DNA of 64,000 nucleotides from Limnothrix sp. BL-A-16. Lineage in GTDB: Bacteria > Cyanobacteriota > Cyanobacteriia > CACIAM-69d. Location: NCBI GenBank assembly GCA_041937175.2, contig CP166615.1, forward strand, positions 3,296,001-3,360,000. The letters run 5' to 3'. Of this stretch, positions 1 through 10,854 are shown piece by piece. Below the pieces are notes generated by a model. It did not search any database and was not told the DNA's origin. It saw only the letters and a list, made by a program, of their open reading frames with translations. Every line of letters starts with the position of its first letter. The first letter of the stretch is position 1. The position numbers were made by a program, and so were the translations under genes.

Positions 1-903
1 CAAAATCTTGATTGTGCAATCACGGTTTTCTCGCACAAATTCCCAATTATCGCGCCAAATCCAATAGGCTAAATAGCGCAGGGCCAAAAAAGCACGGTTG
101 CGGTGAATTCCCCCATCCATCGCCTTATACAACAAGAATTTATAGCGATTATTCAGGGTCATTTGCACCAGCTTGCCAAAGCGCTTGCGATCGGCTGGAT
201 TTTGACTGAGCCGTTGGTGCTCTCGGTTAATAATTGCCAAGCTCACCTGCTCCATCTTGATCGCATTGGTGGAGGCGGAACCCCTCACCTGGCGATAATG
301 CACCTGTAATTTCGGCACACAAATAAATTCATAGGATTCCGCCAAGCGCAACCAAAAATCCCAATCTTCCGCCGGGTGCAGCGATCCTTCATAGCCCCCC
401 AATTCAAAATAGGCATCGCGCCGGATCATCGTGTTCGATCCTGATTGCACAATGTCAATCAATAAAATCTGTAAGTAGGTGTTATATTCCGTGTCAATAA
501 AGCCCCCGTCACGAATATAATTTCCCTCTTCATCAACCCAATCAATCCAACTGTAAACGGCTCCGGCTTCTGGGTTGGCTTCAAGGGCATTCACCTGATC
601 TTCAACCTTGTCCGATGTCCACAGATCATCCGCGTCAATAAAGGTGAGATATCGCCCTCGGGACACCATGGCCCCATGATTACGAGCAGCGGCCACACCG
701 GCATTTTCCTGTTCAATCAGCTTCAGGCGGGGATCTGTGAATTGCCGCACCACGTTGGAGGTGTTGTCGGTGGAACCATCGTTGACAACGATCACTTCGA
801 TGTCCCGCAAAGTCTGATTCAGGACGGATTCGATCGTTTCAGCAATGGTTTTTGCCCCGTTATAGGCGGGAATAATAATCGATGCAGTGGGGACGGCGTT
901 CAT
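1..903 (-). CDS. Glycosyltransferase family 2 (GT-A), 3' end runs off the window
   Basis: Manual translation from ATG at 903: MNAVPTASIIIPAYNGAKTIAETIESVLNQT..EVIVVNDGSTD..ARNHG..FIDADDLW..AEDWDFWLRL. Frame stays open to the window edge, so it is absent from the ORF track. Confidence 0.9.
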   Translation of the reverse strand, partial: MNAVPTASIIIPAYNGAKTIAETIESVLNQTLRDIEVIVVNDGSTDNTSNVVRQFTDPRLKLIEQENAGVAAARNHGAMVSRGRYLTFIDADDLWTSDKVEDQVNALEANPEAGAVYSWIDWVDEEGNYIRDGGFIDTEYNTYLQILLIDIVQSGSNTMIRRDAYFELGGYEGSLHPAEDWDFWLRLAESYEFICVPKLQVHYRQVRGSASTNAIKMEQVSLAIINREHQRLSQNPADRKRFGKLVQMTLNNRYKFLLYKAMDGGIHRNRAFLALRYLAYWIWRDNWEFVRENRDCTIKIL

Positions 904-1200
904 GGGTGGGGCCATCAGAAATCAACAAAACCAGGAAGAAATCGTGCCTTGAGCATAGCCTCCGGCTTGGGGCTGCTGGTAGCTTTCATTGGCTTCCCCA
1001 TTTCTGAAATTCGCGCAGAATTGGCCCCATCCGCCTAAAACGCAATTCTTGATTGTTTTCGATCGGGTTTTCGATGGGCCCCGATCGGGGCATGGCGGAA
1101 GCCGCAAAAACCGCAACGGGCTGGGTCAAGCACTGAATAAGCTCGGGATGCGCTGAACTCGTTGAATGGGCTGAATTTGTTGAATGGGCTGAGGTAACCC

Positions 1201-2694
1201 CTAGGAACCACAGCGGGCCCGATCAGCTGCGAGGCGCTCCTTCAGCTTCGGGGTGATGCCGGTGGTGGCGTTGCTCCAGAGGCGATCGAACTCCCGCTGA
1301 AACAGGGTCGCCACGATCGGGTGCTTGACCACCAACAGGGTTTCATCATTGAGGCGATCGGCTGCCGCAGACCAGTTGTGAGAACCGGTCAGCACCGTTT
1401 GCCCATCCACCAAGCCAAATTTGTGGTGCAGCAGGTCACCCATGGGCAACTCCGGGGAACCCACGGTGGTGATCGGTGGGTTCCAAGGTCGCTGATTGGG
1501 TTCCAGTTCGCAGGTTCTGCGGCGCAGGGTCACCCCCAGCAGATCCAGGGCTTCGCTATAGTCCCGGGCCAGGAAGCTCGGATCCACCAGCACACGCACT
1601 TTAGCTCCTCGGCGGTGGGCGGTTTCCATGGCATCCGCGATCGCCTGTTCTGAAAAAACAAACAGGGCCAGATCGATCGAGCGGGTGGCCTGGCCCACAT
1701 TGGCCGCAATCACCCCATTGGTGCGTTCAGGAAAAGGAACGGCGGTTTTCATGGGCGAAAACTGAATGCCAATGGTGGCATCACCCACTTGGGTCGATCG
1801 CAGGGGGCGCAGGGGCTTGTTCGTGCCAAAGCGGCTGTCGGGCTGACCGCCGGGCCCATCGCCCCACATCAGCGCAAATTCCTCCAGCAACCAACCGGCC
1901 ACGACGGGGCTATCAATTTCTAACAGGTTATTGGGATTGCCGCGACTGGCGGGCCGGCCCATGTCGCCATGGACATCGCTGAGGGTGAAGTTCGCGGAGG
2001 TGATGATCGATCGATTGCCGTCCACCACGATGAACTTGTGGTGCATCAAGCCCGATCCCTTGGATCCATCGGCGGTGTCGTCTAGGGTGGGCACGCCGCC
2101 CTGAGCCAACATCACCATGGCATCGGTTGCCAGCACCTCTGCTTCACTGACGGTTCCGTCGCCGTTGCGATCGCCCAGTCGGAAATAATCTTCAATGCGC
2201 GATCGCTCCCGATCGCTCAGTTGCGCCAACTCCTCCGGGCTGTAGCTGCTCCAGGGACGGCTGGCGCTGTTTTCCAAAATCACCCGTACTTGCAGGCCGG
2301 CTCGATGGCGATCGACCAAGGCTTGGGCCAACCGAGGCAAGCGCAATTCCTGCACGGCCACCACCACGGTCGATCGGGCGCTTTCGACCAACTGCACCAT
2401 GCGCCCTTCGAGGTCATCGCCCGATCGCTCAATGCCCCGGTAGGGATCGCGATATTGACTAGCAAGATTGTGATTAAAAAATGCCCGCACGGGGCCCGGT
2501 TGGGCGATCGGGGAAGGACGACTTTCGGCGGAACCACCTGAGTTGTTGAATTCAGCGGCCGGCGGCAAGGATCCACCCTGGAACTGGGGGCCCGCAGACC
2601 CGCAACCCCAGAGGGCGATCGCACCCAAAAGGCTAAACGTCCAAAGACCCCCCCAGGATTTCAACCGCCCGATCGCCCATCCGTTCGTTTCCAT
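1201..2694 (-). CDS. Phospholipase D-superfamily nuclease/lipoprotein (cyanobacterial competence ComA-like)
   Basis: Two HKD motifs (MHHKFIVVDG, LHHKFGLVDG), lipobox-like LWGCG and EF-hand-like DRNGDGTVSEAE. Start chosen at METNGW. Confidence 0.8.
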   Translation of the reverse strand: METNGWAIGRLKSWGGLWTFSLLGAIALWGCGSAGPQFQGGSLPPAAEFNNSGGSAESRPSPIAQPGPVRAFFNHNLASQYRDPYRGIERSGDDLEGRMVQLVESARSTVVVAVQELRLPRLAQALVDRHRAGLQVRVILENSASRPWSSYSPEELAQLSDRERSRIEDYFRLGDRNGDGTVSEAEVLATDAMVMLAQGGVPTLDDTADGSKGSGLMHHKFIVVDGNRSIITSANFTLSDVHGDMGRPASRGNPNNLLEIDSPVVAGWLLEEFALMWGDGPGGQPDSRFGTNKPLRPLRSTQVGDATIGIQFSPMKTAVPFPERTNGVIAANVGQATRSIDLALFVFSEQAIADAMETAHRRGAKVRVLVDPSFLARDYSEALDLLGVTLRRRTCELEPNQRPWNPPITTVGSPELPMGDLLHHKFGLVDGQTVLTGSHNWSAAADRLNDETLLVVKHPIVATLFQREFDRLWSNATTGITPKLKERLAADRARCGS

Positions 2695-2844
2695 CACCCC
2701 GATCGCCCGTTGAATGGCAACTAGTCCACAGCAACTGTTGAGCTGTTGAGCAACCCGTTCAGCCCAAGTTGAGCCGCACGAGTTGAGCCAAATGCAGCCC
2801 ACTTGAATTCAGCCCACTTGAATTAGGCCAGGTTAACTGCGCAA

Positions 2845-3354
2845 TTACTGGTAAGCGGCCACACACTTTTCAACCAGCGCCGCCACCTTGTCTGCCTCCT
2901 GCCAACCGAGGATTTCCGTCACCTTCTTTTCCAGATTCTTGTAGGTGCGGAAGAACTCAGCAATTTCTTCCAAGCGGTGGGGGTGAATGTCCTTCAGGGA
3001 GTTCACACCGGCATAGCGGGGATCCGCAGCGGGAACGCAAAGGATCTTTTCGTCCCGATCGCCCCCATCCACCATTTCCAAGAAGCCGATCGGGCGTGCG
3101 GCAATCACGCAACCGGGGAAGGTCGGCTCATCCATAATCACCATCCCATCGAGGGGATCGCCATCATCCGCCAAGGTGTTGGGAATAAAACCATAGTCAA
3201 ACGGATAGCGCACCGAGGCATACAACACCCGATCGAGGGCGAAGGCTTGCATATCCTTATCGAACTCGTATTTGTTCTTGCTGCCACCGGGAATTTCCAC
3301 CAGCACGTTCACAATTCCGGGCTTCGGTTGGGCAGGAATGCGCGACAGATCCAT
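2845..3354 (-). CDS. ppa: Inorganic pyrophosphatase
   Basis: [43 protein letters not shown], a family I PPase signature. Confidence 0.97.
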   Translation of the reverse strand: MDLSRIPAQPKPGIVNVLVEIPGGSKNKYEFDKDMQAFALDRVLYASVRYPFDYGFIPNTLADDGDPLDGMVIMDEPTFPGCVIAARPIGFLEMVDGGDRDEKILCVPAADPRYAGVNSLKDIHPHRLEEIAEFFRTYKNLEKKVTEILGWQEADKVAALVEKCVAAYQ

Positions 3355-3697
3355 GGTCTCGATCCTAAAAGCTTGCTTGAATACTTGCTTGCGCCAGAGC
3401 AAACTCCAATCGATCGCGCCCGATCGTCCATCATCATTGACTCCCTGCAATGGCTGGATGGGAACCCAGCTTCTTAACCCCCAGGCGATCGAGGGTTGGG
3501 CATCGATCCTGACAGACACCGGGCGCGATCGGAGCGCCCCTTTTGGCCCTCCAATAATTGCATGGAGCGCGACCCCAGGGGTAGCAACCAGCGATCGGGC
3601 TGGGGAATTGGTCGCTCAGAACGATCGGCACTCAGGATCCTGAGCACTGCGAATCTATTTGGTGAATCTATCCAAGGCTCAAAACTAGCTTGAGCGC

Positions 3698-4060
3698 TTA
3701 GGGCATCGGCTGTTCCGCACGGAAGACCGCTGGCGTTGGCAGGGCAGTGGAGGGCATCGCATCCCAATTGGAATAAACCACCGCCATCCAAGGCAAGGTC
3801 AGGGTTAACAGGGCGATCGTCGTTCCCAAACAGCGGGCCCAAACCGCCGAGGGGGGTTCCGTCAACATCGCCGGACGCGACAACAGAACGGGGGACGGAG
3901 GATCGTTAGATTTTGAGGCCGATTTTAGGACAGAGGCTGAGGCCAAACTTTGGGGCGATTTTAGGGCGGGCGATTTTAGGGCGCGATTGGATGGGGAGCG
4001 GAGGGGAAAGGCAGAATGCAAAAGCGGTTCGAGCGGACGACTACTACCGTCACTATCCAT
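3698..4060 (-). CDS. Small hypothetical protein with one C-terminal hydrophobic helix
   Basis: Hydrophobic segment LGTTIALLTLTLPWMAVVY, co-oriented with its neighbours. Start uncertain. Confidence 0.5.
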   Translation of the reverse strand: MDSDGSSRPLEPLLHSAFPLRSPSNRALKSPALKSPQSLASASVLKSASKSNDPPSPVLLSRPAMLTEPPSAVWARCLGTTIALLTLTLPWMAVVYSNWDAMPSTALPTPAVFRAEQPMP

Positions 4061-4296
4061 AGGGAAGTCTGAAATCAGCAATCGGATCTCCGCTGAATAA
4101 ACCAGCGATCGGGGGCTGGGGTTGGCCGTGGCTGCGGGTCGATCGGGCAGGAAACCCACCCCTCTCAACCCAGCTCGGGCCGCCACCAGCTCGATGGGCG
4201 ATCGATTCATCCAGTCAAATCGGGCCGCCGGGAGATGCCGTGCCGATCATCGTAGCAAGTCCCCGGGCTGGGTTGGTGTTGGGAACTTGACCAAAC

Positions 4297-4770
4297 CTAC
4301 AATCCAGCAATCTGGGTCAGGGAAATTTCGCCCCGCAAAATTCCCACCACCAACACCAACGCCAAACAGCCCACAAAGGACAGGCCCAGCGTAAACAGGG
4401 CAAACAGTTCCCCGCCGGACAGGGGGCGATCGGTCGGATCCAAGTACAAATTGGAAGACTCGAAGGAACTGGGGGGCTGCAAATTTTGCCAGGGCTGCAC
4501 CACCGTCCAGCGGGAATAGCCGATCGAGAGGTCATATTGCTCCCGGCGATCGGGATTGCTCAACACCGCATAGGCCTGGTTCAACTCTTGAAATTTGACC
4601 GTGGCGATCGGAAGCGGCAACTCAGTTGTGTCCGGGTGATAGGCCTTGCTCAGTTCGCGATATTGCCGCCGAATTTCAATCACATCCGCCGAGGGATGCA
4701 GCCCCAAAAGGTCGTAGTAGGTCATTTTGGGATCAAGAGAGCCAGACTGTGCCGTTCGATCGCCTGCCAT
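4297..4770 (-). CDS. DnaJ (J-domain) protein with C-terminal membrane anchor
   Basis: TYYDLLGL..YRELSKAYHPD..FQELNQAYAVLSNP plus a C-terminal TM helix. Confidence 0.9.
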   Translation of the reverse strand: MAGDRTAQSGSLDPKMTYYDLLGLHPSADVIEIRRQYRELSKAYHPDTTELPLPIATVKFQELNQAYAVLSNPDRREQYDLSIGYSRWTVVQPWQNLQPPSSFESSNLYLDPTDRPLSGGELFALFTLGLSFVGCLALVLVVGILRGEISLTQIAGL

Positions 4771-4904
4771 AGTTGATGAACCCAATGCTGAATCAGGGTC
4801 AATAACCGCTAACCAAGATTCCGGTTTGACCGGTTTCCTGATTGTACTGTGATGGCCTCTCCGCCTTTGCTGCGGTGGCGCTGCGGTGGTGCTGTGTTTA
4901 GCGG

Positions 4905-6200
4905 TTAACGGGTTGCCGCTCCCAGCACCGTTTTGCCGCCCAGGTAGGGTTGCAGGGCTTCCGGCACGGCGATCGCCCCATCCGGTTGTTGATAATTTTC
5001 CAAAATTGCCGCCATCGTTCGGCCCACAGCCAGCCCGGAACCATTGAGGGTATGCAGGAATTGGGTTCCCTTCTTGCCCGCTTCCTTAAACCGCAAATTT
5101 CCCCGACGGGCTTGGAAATCGCCACAGTTCGAGCAACTGGAAATTTCTCGATATTTGTTTTGGGAGGGCAGCCAAACTTCCAAGTCGTAGCACTTTTGGG
5201 CCGAGAACCCCATGTCTCCCGTGCAAAGTTGCAACACCCGATAGGGCAGCTTCAGGGCCTGCAACACGCCCTCTGCATCCTGGAGCAATTGTTGGTGTTC
5301 TGCCTCCGAAGTTTCCGGCGACACAAACTTAAACAACTCCACTTTGTTGAACTGGTGCAACCGAATGAGTCCGCGCGTGTCGCGCCCATAGCTGCCGGCC
5401 TCGCGCCGGAAACAGGGCGTGTAGGCGCAGTGGTAAATCGGCAACTGATCATCGGTCAAGATTTCATCGCGGTACAGGCTGGTGACCGGTACTTCAGCGG
5501 TGGGCGCGAGCCACAGATCGTCGCGATCGCACTTGAAACTTTCTTCGGCAAACTTGGGCAACTGGCCCGAGGCGGTTAACGAGGCGGAGTTAATCAGAAT
5601 GGGGGGCAACACTTCCTGATATCCGGCGGCAATGTGGCGATCGAGCATGAAGCTAATCAACGCTCGCTCCAGGGCGGCCCCTTCGCCAATCAGCGCCACA
5701 AACCGGCTTTGGGCAATGCGGGTGGCCCGTTCAAAGTTCAACCAACCCAGCTTTTCGCCGATTTCGTAGTGGGGCAAAATGTCCGATCGCGTGGGGATCA
5801 AAGCCTCGCCCCACCGCCGAATTTCCACGTTGTCGTCCTCATCCTTCCCGATCGGGGTGGTGGGGTCGGGCAAGTTGGGAATGGTCATCAGGGCGCTTTC
5901 AATTTGCGCTTTCAAGTCCCGCTCTTGGGGTTCCAGCGCTGCCAATTGGGCCTTTAGTTGGTTGCCTTCTTCCTTCAGGGCCAAAACTTCCGCCCCCTGG
6001 GGATCGGCCCCTTGCTTCATCTTTTGGCCCACCAGTTTGCCAATTTCGTTGCTGCGGGCCTGGAGATCATTGCGCCGCTGTTCCAAGTCACGCACTGCCC
6101 GATCGAGTTCCAAAATCGGAGCAATATCGTATTGGCCACGGTGGTTCAGGCGTGCTTGTACATCATCAGGATTCGCACGCAGTAGCTTCAGGTCTAGCAC
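4905..6200 (-). CDS. serS: Serine--tRNA ligase
   Basis: N-terminal coiled coil, [50 protein letters not shown]. Confidence 0.98.
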   Translation of the reverse strand: MLDLKLLRANPDDVQARLNHRGQYDIAPILELDRAVRDLEQRRNDLQARSNEIGKLVGQKMKQGADPQGAEVLALKEEGNQLKAQLAALEPQERDLKAQIESALMTIPNLPDPTTPIGKDEDDNVEIRRWGEALIPTRSDILPHYEIGEKLGWLNFERATRIAQSRFVALIGEGAALERALISFMLDRHIAAGYQEVLPPILINSASLTASGQLPKFAEESFKCDRDDLWLAPTAEVPVTSLYRDEILTDDQLPIYHCAYTPCFRREAGSYGRDTRGLIRLHQFNKVELFKFVSPETSEAEHQQLLQDAEGVLQALKLPYRVLQLCTGDMGFSAQKCYDLEVWLPSQNKYREISSCSNCGDFQARRGNLRFKEAGKKGTQFLHTLNGSGLAVGRTMAAILENYQQPDGAIAVPEALQPYLGGKTVLGAATR

Positions 6201-6362
6201 GATCGATGGGGGCTGTTTTCAGTAATATCTTGAGGTGCAACCATTCTATCGGCTGGTTTACCCTTGCTCGATCGCCCCGGCCCATTTCTCGTTGCCTGGG
6301 GTTAGTTCACCGTTGGCCCTGTTGGCGTGAACGCTGTCCGTTGATTCAACCTAACCCTGTCT

Positions 6363-6704
6363 ATGGATTACGAAACCGCCCGCGCCTTTTTGATTGGCCA
6401 AGGCAACGCGAGTTCTGAAAATGCCGATGCATTTTTGAATCGGCTGAAGGCAGGCAAACCCCCAATTCCCGGACAGGTTACCTCCATTCTGTTGGCCTTG
6501 AAGATGGTCTACAACGCTTTGGAAGGAACCCCCAGCCTCAGCCGGGAACTGGCCGGGCCGCTCTATCGGATTGCGGTCGAAAGTCGCGAGGCCTACGAAC
6601 AGGGCGATCGACAGGGGGTGAGCTGGCCGCCGCTGTTGGATGAAGACTTGGGGCGGATCGCGCGGGCCGCAGGCAGCATCTTTGCCGGAAGCTGGCAAGA
6701 TTAG
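6363..6704 (+). CDS. Conserved cyanobacterial hypothetical protein
   Basis: 113-aa ORF (MDYETARAFLIGQG..PPIPGQVTSILLALK) immediately upstream of tsaB. Confidence 0.75.
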   Translation: MDYETARAFLIGQGNASSENADAFLNRLKAGKPPIPGQVTSILLALKMVYNALEGTPSLSRELAGPLYRIAVESREAYEQGDRQGVSWPPLLDEDLGRIARAAGSIFAGSWQD

Positions 6705-6751
6705 AACTTCATCAGCATTTCAACAGCATTTCAACAGCACCAGATCGCAGC

Positions 6752-7384
6752 ATGACTGAGGGGAACCGTTGGGGCATCGCCATCCACACCGCCAGCACCC
6801 AGTTGGGGTTGGCCAAGGGAGACTCGCCCCGTGACATCGTGGGGCGGGTTTGGGAACTGGGCACAAAACTCTCCAGCGATTTCCACGATCGACTGTCGGA
6901 GTTTGTGTATCCCTTGCCTTGGTCGGCGGTGCGGCTCTTGGCGGTGGCGATCGGCCCCGGCGGTTTCACCAGCACCCGCATTGGCGTGGTGGCAGCCCGC
7001 ACCCTTGCGCAACAGTTGGATCTCCCGCTGTTTGGCTATTCCACCCTGGCGGCGGCGGCCTGGCGACAGCGCCAACGGGCCCAACCGGGCGAATGGTTGG
7101 CGGTGCAAATGCCGGCCCGCCGGGGAGAATGGCATGGGGGCATCTATGAGGTTACGGCGGCGGGCTTGGTGACCCATGTGAGCGATCGGGTCTTGGCTCC
7201 GGAGCAGTGGGAAACCACAATCGCCCAGCAACCGGCCCCCTGTGTGATCGTGACGGCGGAGGCAGATTTGGGCCAAGACGCGATCGCCCTCTTGCAACTG
7301 GCCCAACAGGATTGGGCAAAGGACGTTCGGCCCCATTGGTCCACGGTCTTGCCGCACTATGGCCAACATCCGGTCGATCGATAG
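6752..7384 (+). CDS. tsaB: tRNA threonylcarbamoyladenosine biosynthesis protein TsaB
   Basis: IAIHTAS..AVAIGPGGFTSTRIGVVAARTLAQQL..PARRGE motifs. Confidence 0.92.
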   Translation: MTEGNRWGIAIHTASTQLGLAKGDSPRDIVGRVWELGTKLSSDFHDRLSEFVYPLPWSAVRLLAVAIGPGGFTSTRIGVVAARTLAQQLDLPLFGYSTLAAAAWRQRQRAQPGEWLAVQMPARRGEWHGGIYEVTAAGLVTHVSDRVLAPEQWETTIAQQPAPCVIVTAEADLGQDAIALLQLAQQDWAKDVRPHWSTVLPHYGQHPVDR

Positions 7385-7442
7385 GGTGATCGCCAGGGCC
7401 CATCAGCAGCTTCAGCCCATCAGCACAACCGTAGACAGACCC

Positions 7443-7934
7443 ATGGCCAATCGATCGAGCCAGTTTTCGCGCCTCCCTTGGGGCGATCGCCTCCGTCAAG
7501 TTGGGCGATCGGTGGGCAAAATTCTCCTTTCGATCGGGTTAATCGGCTGCTTAATCAGCGGGCTTTGGGGCAGCACCTTGATTCCCGCCTGGGCCGCCAC
7601 GGAACCGATCCCACTAGCCGCACCCTTGGAAGCCGCCCCAATTTCACCCGATGCCAGCGCCGTGCCGGCCGAAAAGGTGACCCAATTCGTGCGGGCCTAT
7701 TTGCAAGTGCTGGCCCTGTTGGAGCGGCGGGAAGGAGAGCTGCGCCAAGCGGAAACCGAACCGGAAGCCAACCGCTTGGAACAGGAAATTGAGCTGGAGG
7801 CGTTCGAGGCGATCGAGCAGGCGGGATTGAAACCCCAGGAATATGTGCAACTCCTGAGCTTGGCAAACAACGATCCCGATTTTGGAGAACGAATTGCAGC
7901 CAGACTTCAGGAATTGGAAGCCGAACCCCGTTGA
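7443..7934 (+). CDS. DUF4168-like secreted helical protein
   Basis: Signal-like N-terminus, then EKVTQFVRAYLQV..AIEQAGLKPQEYVQL. Confidence 0.7.
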   Translation: MANRSSQFSRLPWGDRLRQVGRSVGKILLSIGLIGCLISGLWGSTLIPAWAATEPIPLAAPLEAAPISPDASAVPAEKVTQFVRAYLQVLALLERREGELRQAETEPEANRLEQEIELEAFEAIEQAGLKPQEYVQLLSLANNDPDFGERIAARLQELEAEPR

Positions 7935-8024
7935 AATTAGTGATCTAAGTGATCTATCTGTTGCATCAGTCTTGATGGAGTGATCAAGCCAACGACCGAT
8001 CGAGCGGGCGATTCGAGCGGGCGA

Positions 8025-8471
8025 TTAAGCCGCCGCTTCCACACAGTTCAACAGCGCAGCCAAGGACTGTTCCGCCACTGCCAAATCGTAGGGAAAGGGT
8101 GGTTTCATGGGTCGATAGTCAAGGCGATGGGCGGCTCCGTGACGCACCACAGCATTCACCACCAAACAGGGATCTTGACTGAAGTTCAAAGCACCATGGG
8201 GTACACCGGGCGGAATGGTTAAAACCACCGGCACACGATCGCTCAAAGGAATGTATTGATAGCGACGGTTTTGCAACACCACCATCACAAAATTGCCCCG
8301 CACCACCAACAATTGATCGGTCTGAAACCGATGCACAAATAAATCATCCCGCGCCATGGCCGGCACTTGCACCAACATTGTTTCGTGGCAGGATTGGGGC
8401 GTGTAAAACTCTGCCATTCCCGACTTCATGGAGTCGAGCCGCTTCACTTGGATTGTTTGAGAAAGTCCCAT
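8025..8471 (-). CDS. Cupin-fold protein (dTDP-4-dehydrorhamnose 3,5-epimerase-like)
   Basis: Cupin motifs HRFQTDQL and LTIPPGVPHG. Confidence 0.75.
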   Translation of the reverse strand: MGLSQTIQVKRLDSMKSGMAEFYTPQSCHETMLVQVPAMARDDLFVHRFQTDQLLVVRGNFVMVVLQNRRYQYIPLSDRVPVVLTIPPGVPHGALNFSQDPCLVVNAVVRHGAAHRLDYRPMKPPFPYDLAVAEQSLAALLNCVEAAA

Positions 8472-8960
8472 GATCTATACCTCAAGAGCATTTGAGCGAT
8501 CGATCACAATGGCGCTGGCGGTTAGTCTAACGCATTTTTTAAAAAGCCGTGGGAGCTAGTTTTTTCTGGCTAATTTTTAGTTTTTTGATCTTTTTGATAC
8601 AAAATTTCCATTAACCCAAGATTTTTCAGCAAAATTACCAAGCAAAACTTTCCAGTTAAATTCCAACACAGGCTCTGGGTCAAAGCTCAAGATTCGCTCA
8701 CCCCAAAAGGTCAGCAAAGGCATGACATAAGCCACGCAATGGTAAACATCGGGGAGCAATTGATTGCGATTGATTCTGAAGGTTTTCTGAAAAGTCTGCT
8801 GAAGATTCTGGGGTGTTTTTGGGAGCGGTCGATGGCAAACCCCAAGCCTATCTGTCAGTATTGGAAGGTTTCCAATCCGGTGCAATTGATACAGTCTCCG
8901 AGAACGGGTTATCGTACAACTTAATCGCGCCGCCGCCGTTGAGGCTGCCCCCTAAAAACC

Positions 8961-10730
8961 GTGTTTGCGAAATCTCGTCAGTCGCCCTTTCGATCACCCC
9001 GTGACACCGATCGCCCCAACGCCGAGGCCACCGACTCCCCGGCCCCGCCCGATCCCCTCCATCGCCTTTGTCGTCCCTTGGCAACCTATGCCTTGCGCGG
9101 TCTGGCGACTCATCAGGATCAGGTGCTGGCCTTGGATGCAGCTCGGGGCCATCTGCTGTTGGTGGACTTGGCAACCGACTGCACTGAAGTTCTGAATGCT
9201 TACCAGGTTGGGGATTTTTTGGATGCGATCGGGCTGGCCATTGGGCCGCCGTTGGCCGGGGCTGATGTGCCCTCGGTGTGGTTCACGCGCGATCGGGAAG
9301 TGCTTGCCTGTAGTTGGGGCCAGTGGGAACCCAAACCCATGTACACCCTGCCCGAGTGGGTGGAAGGGGTGGCGATTTATCGATCGACCCTGTATGTGTC
9401 GTCCCAACGAGCGGGCTGCATCTATGTGCTGGATTTGAACAAGGGGCGCGAAATTACCCGGTTTTATGCCCCCGGAATTGGGGTAGAGAATCTTGTGGCA
9501 CAGGGCGAAGAACTTTGGGTGTGCGATCGCCTGGAGCAAACGGTTTATTGTCTCGATCGGGCAACGGGGCTGGTGAATTTCAGCGTTCTCACCCCCTACG
9601 AATCGCCCACGGCTTTGGCTTTTGATCAGGCGGGAACCCTTTGGGTGGCCTATTCGGGCGAAGAACCCTACATCCGCGACAACCCCAACGATCCGGAACC
9701 CCTGCAAGTGGCGTTCCGCGATCGGGTAACGATCGGCTCCCTAGACTATGGGTTCTATCCCGATCGGGGCTACGCCCTTTCCAACGGCTACAGAATTGAG
9801 ATGTTCTATGTGGAAGAACTGTCCCCCTTGGAAGGGGTGGATTTCAGCCTGCTGAAGGATGTGGAATGGCGCATTTCCCTACCGTCCAACACCGATCGGC
9901 AAACGGTGCAGAGTGTGGAACCCGTGGGGATGCCCTTTGAAGTTGAAGCGTTGCCCGACGGTCAGCAGGTGGCAGTTTTCAAATTTGGCTCGATCGAGCG
10001 AGGGGAAGGGCGGCTGTTTGGCTGGAAAGCCATCATTGATGTGCGGGGCATTCGCTACCAACTCACACCGCCGGACGTGGAACGGTTGCCCTCCCTCGCG
10101 GACTGTGAATTGTCCGCAGACTACACCGAAAAATATTTGGTCGATAACGACAACCTGGCGATGGATCAGCCCTCGGTGCGGGCGGCGGCCCGCGAGGCGA
10201 TCGGCACGGAAACCAATTTGCTGCGGCAAATGTTGGCTATTCGGAACTATGTGTACGATCGCCTGGGTTATCGGATTCGCCGCAGCATTGAGCCGCCCGA
10301 TGCGGTGCTCGATCGCGGCTATGGCTGTTGCGGCGAATATGTGGGCGTGTTGCTGGCCCTGTCTCGGCTCAACGGCATCGCCACCCGCACCGTGGGCCGC
10401 TACAAGTGCCCACAACCGGCCGATCGCACCCAAGTGGCGCTCTATCCCGACTACAACCACGTTTGGCTAGAGTTCTTCATTCCCGGTTTCGGTTGGGTGC
10501 CCATGGAGTCCAACCCCGACGATATCCAAGAGGGCGGCCCCTATCCCACTCGCTATTTCATGGCCTTGCCTTGGAACCATGTGGAAATTGCCAAGGGATC
10601 GCGATTCCAAGGAATCCAGGTGGGTGGGCGACCCTTGGCGGAGTTGTCGGAGCTGAAGGTGGGCGATTTGGCGCTCAACCATGTGCGATTCCGAATTTTG
10701 GAGGAGCTGGATCCACTCGATCACCTCTAG
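8961..10730 (+). CDS. Transglutaminase-like domain protein with N-terminal beta-propeller
   Basis: GCCGEY (Cys), YNHVWLEFFIPGFGWVPME (His), and repeated beta-rich N-terminal blades. Confidence 0.85.
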   Translation: MFAKSRQSPFRSPRDTDRPNAEATDSPAPPDPLHRLCRPLATYALRGLATHQDQVLALDAARGHLLLVDLATDCTEVLNAYQVGDFLDAIGLAIGPPLAGADVPSVWFTRDREVLACSWGQWEPKPMYTLPEWVEGVAIYRSTLYVSSQRAGCIYVLDLNKGREITRFYAPGIGVENLVAQGEELWVCDRLEQTVYCLDRATGLVNFSVLTPYESPTALAFDQAGTLWVAYSGEEPYIRDNPNDPEPLQVAFRDRVTIGSLDYGFYPDRGYALSNGYRIEMFYVEELSPLEGVDFSLLKDVEWRISLPSNTDRQTVQSVEPVGMPFEVEALPDGQQVAVFKFGSIERGEGRLFGWKAIIDVRGIRYQLTPPDVERLPSLADCELSADYTEKYLVDNDNLAMDQPSVRAAAREAIGTETNLLRQMLAIRNYVYDRLGYRIRRSIEPPDAVLDRGYGCCGEYVGVLLALSRLNGIATRTVGRYKCPQPADRTQVALYPDYNHVWLEFFIPGFGWVPMESNPDDIQEGGPYPTRYFMALPWNHVEIAKGSRFQGIQVGGRPLAELSELKVGDLALNHVRFRILEELDPLDHL

Positions 10731-10854
10731 GATTCAGGGGATCCATGCGCTTCATGTCTTGCGCCCATACTTGCAAGTGATTGGCAAGAAGCAAGCGAAC
10801 GTCATAGGATGACCTGTGGCTGACCTTGCCCTTTGCCTTGTGGATTGCCCGACC

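Noticed and set aside
6363..6704. Dethiobiotin synthetase label that I recall being attached to this small family
   Set aside because: At 113 aa with no P-loop it cannot be BioD.
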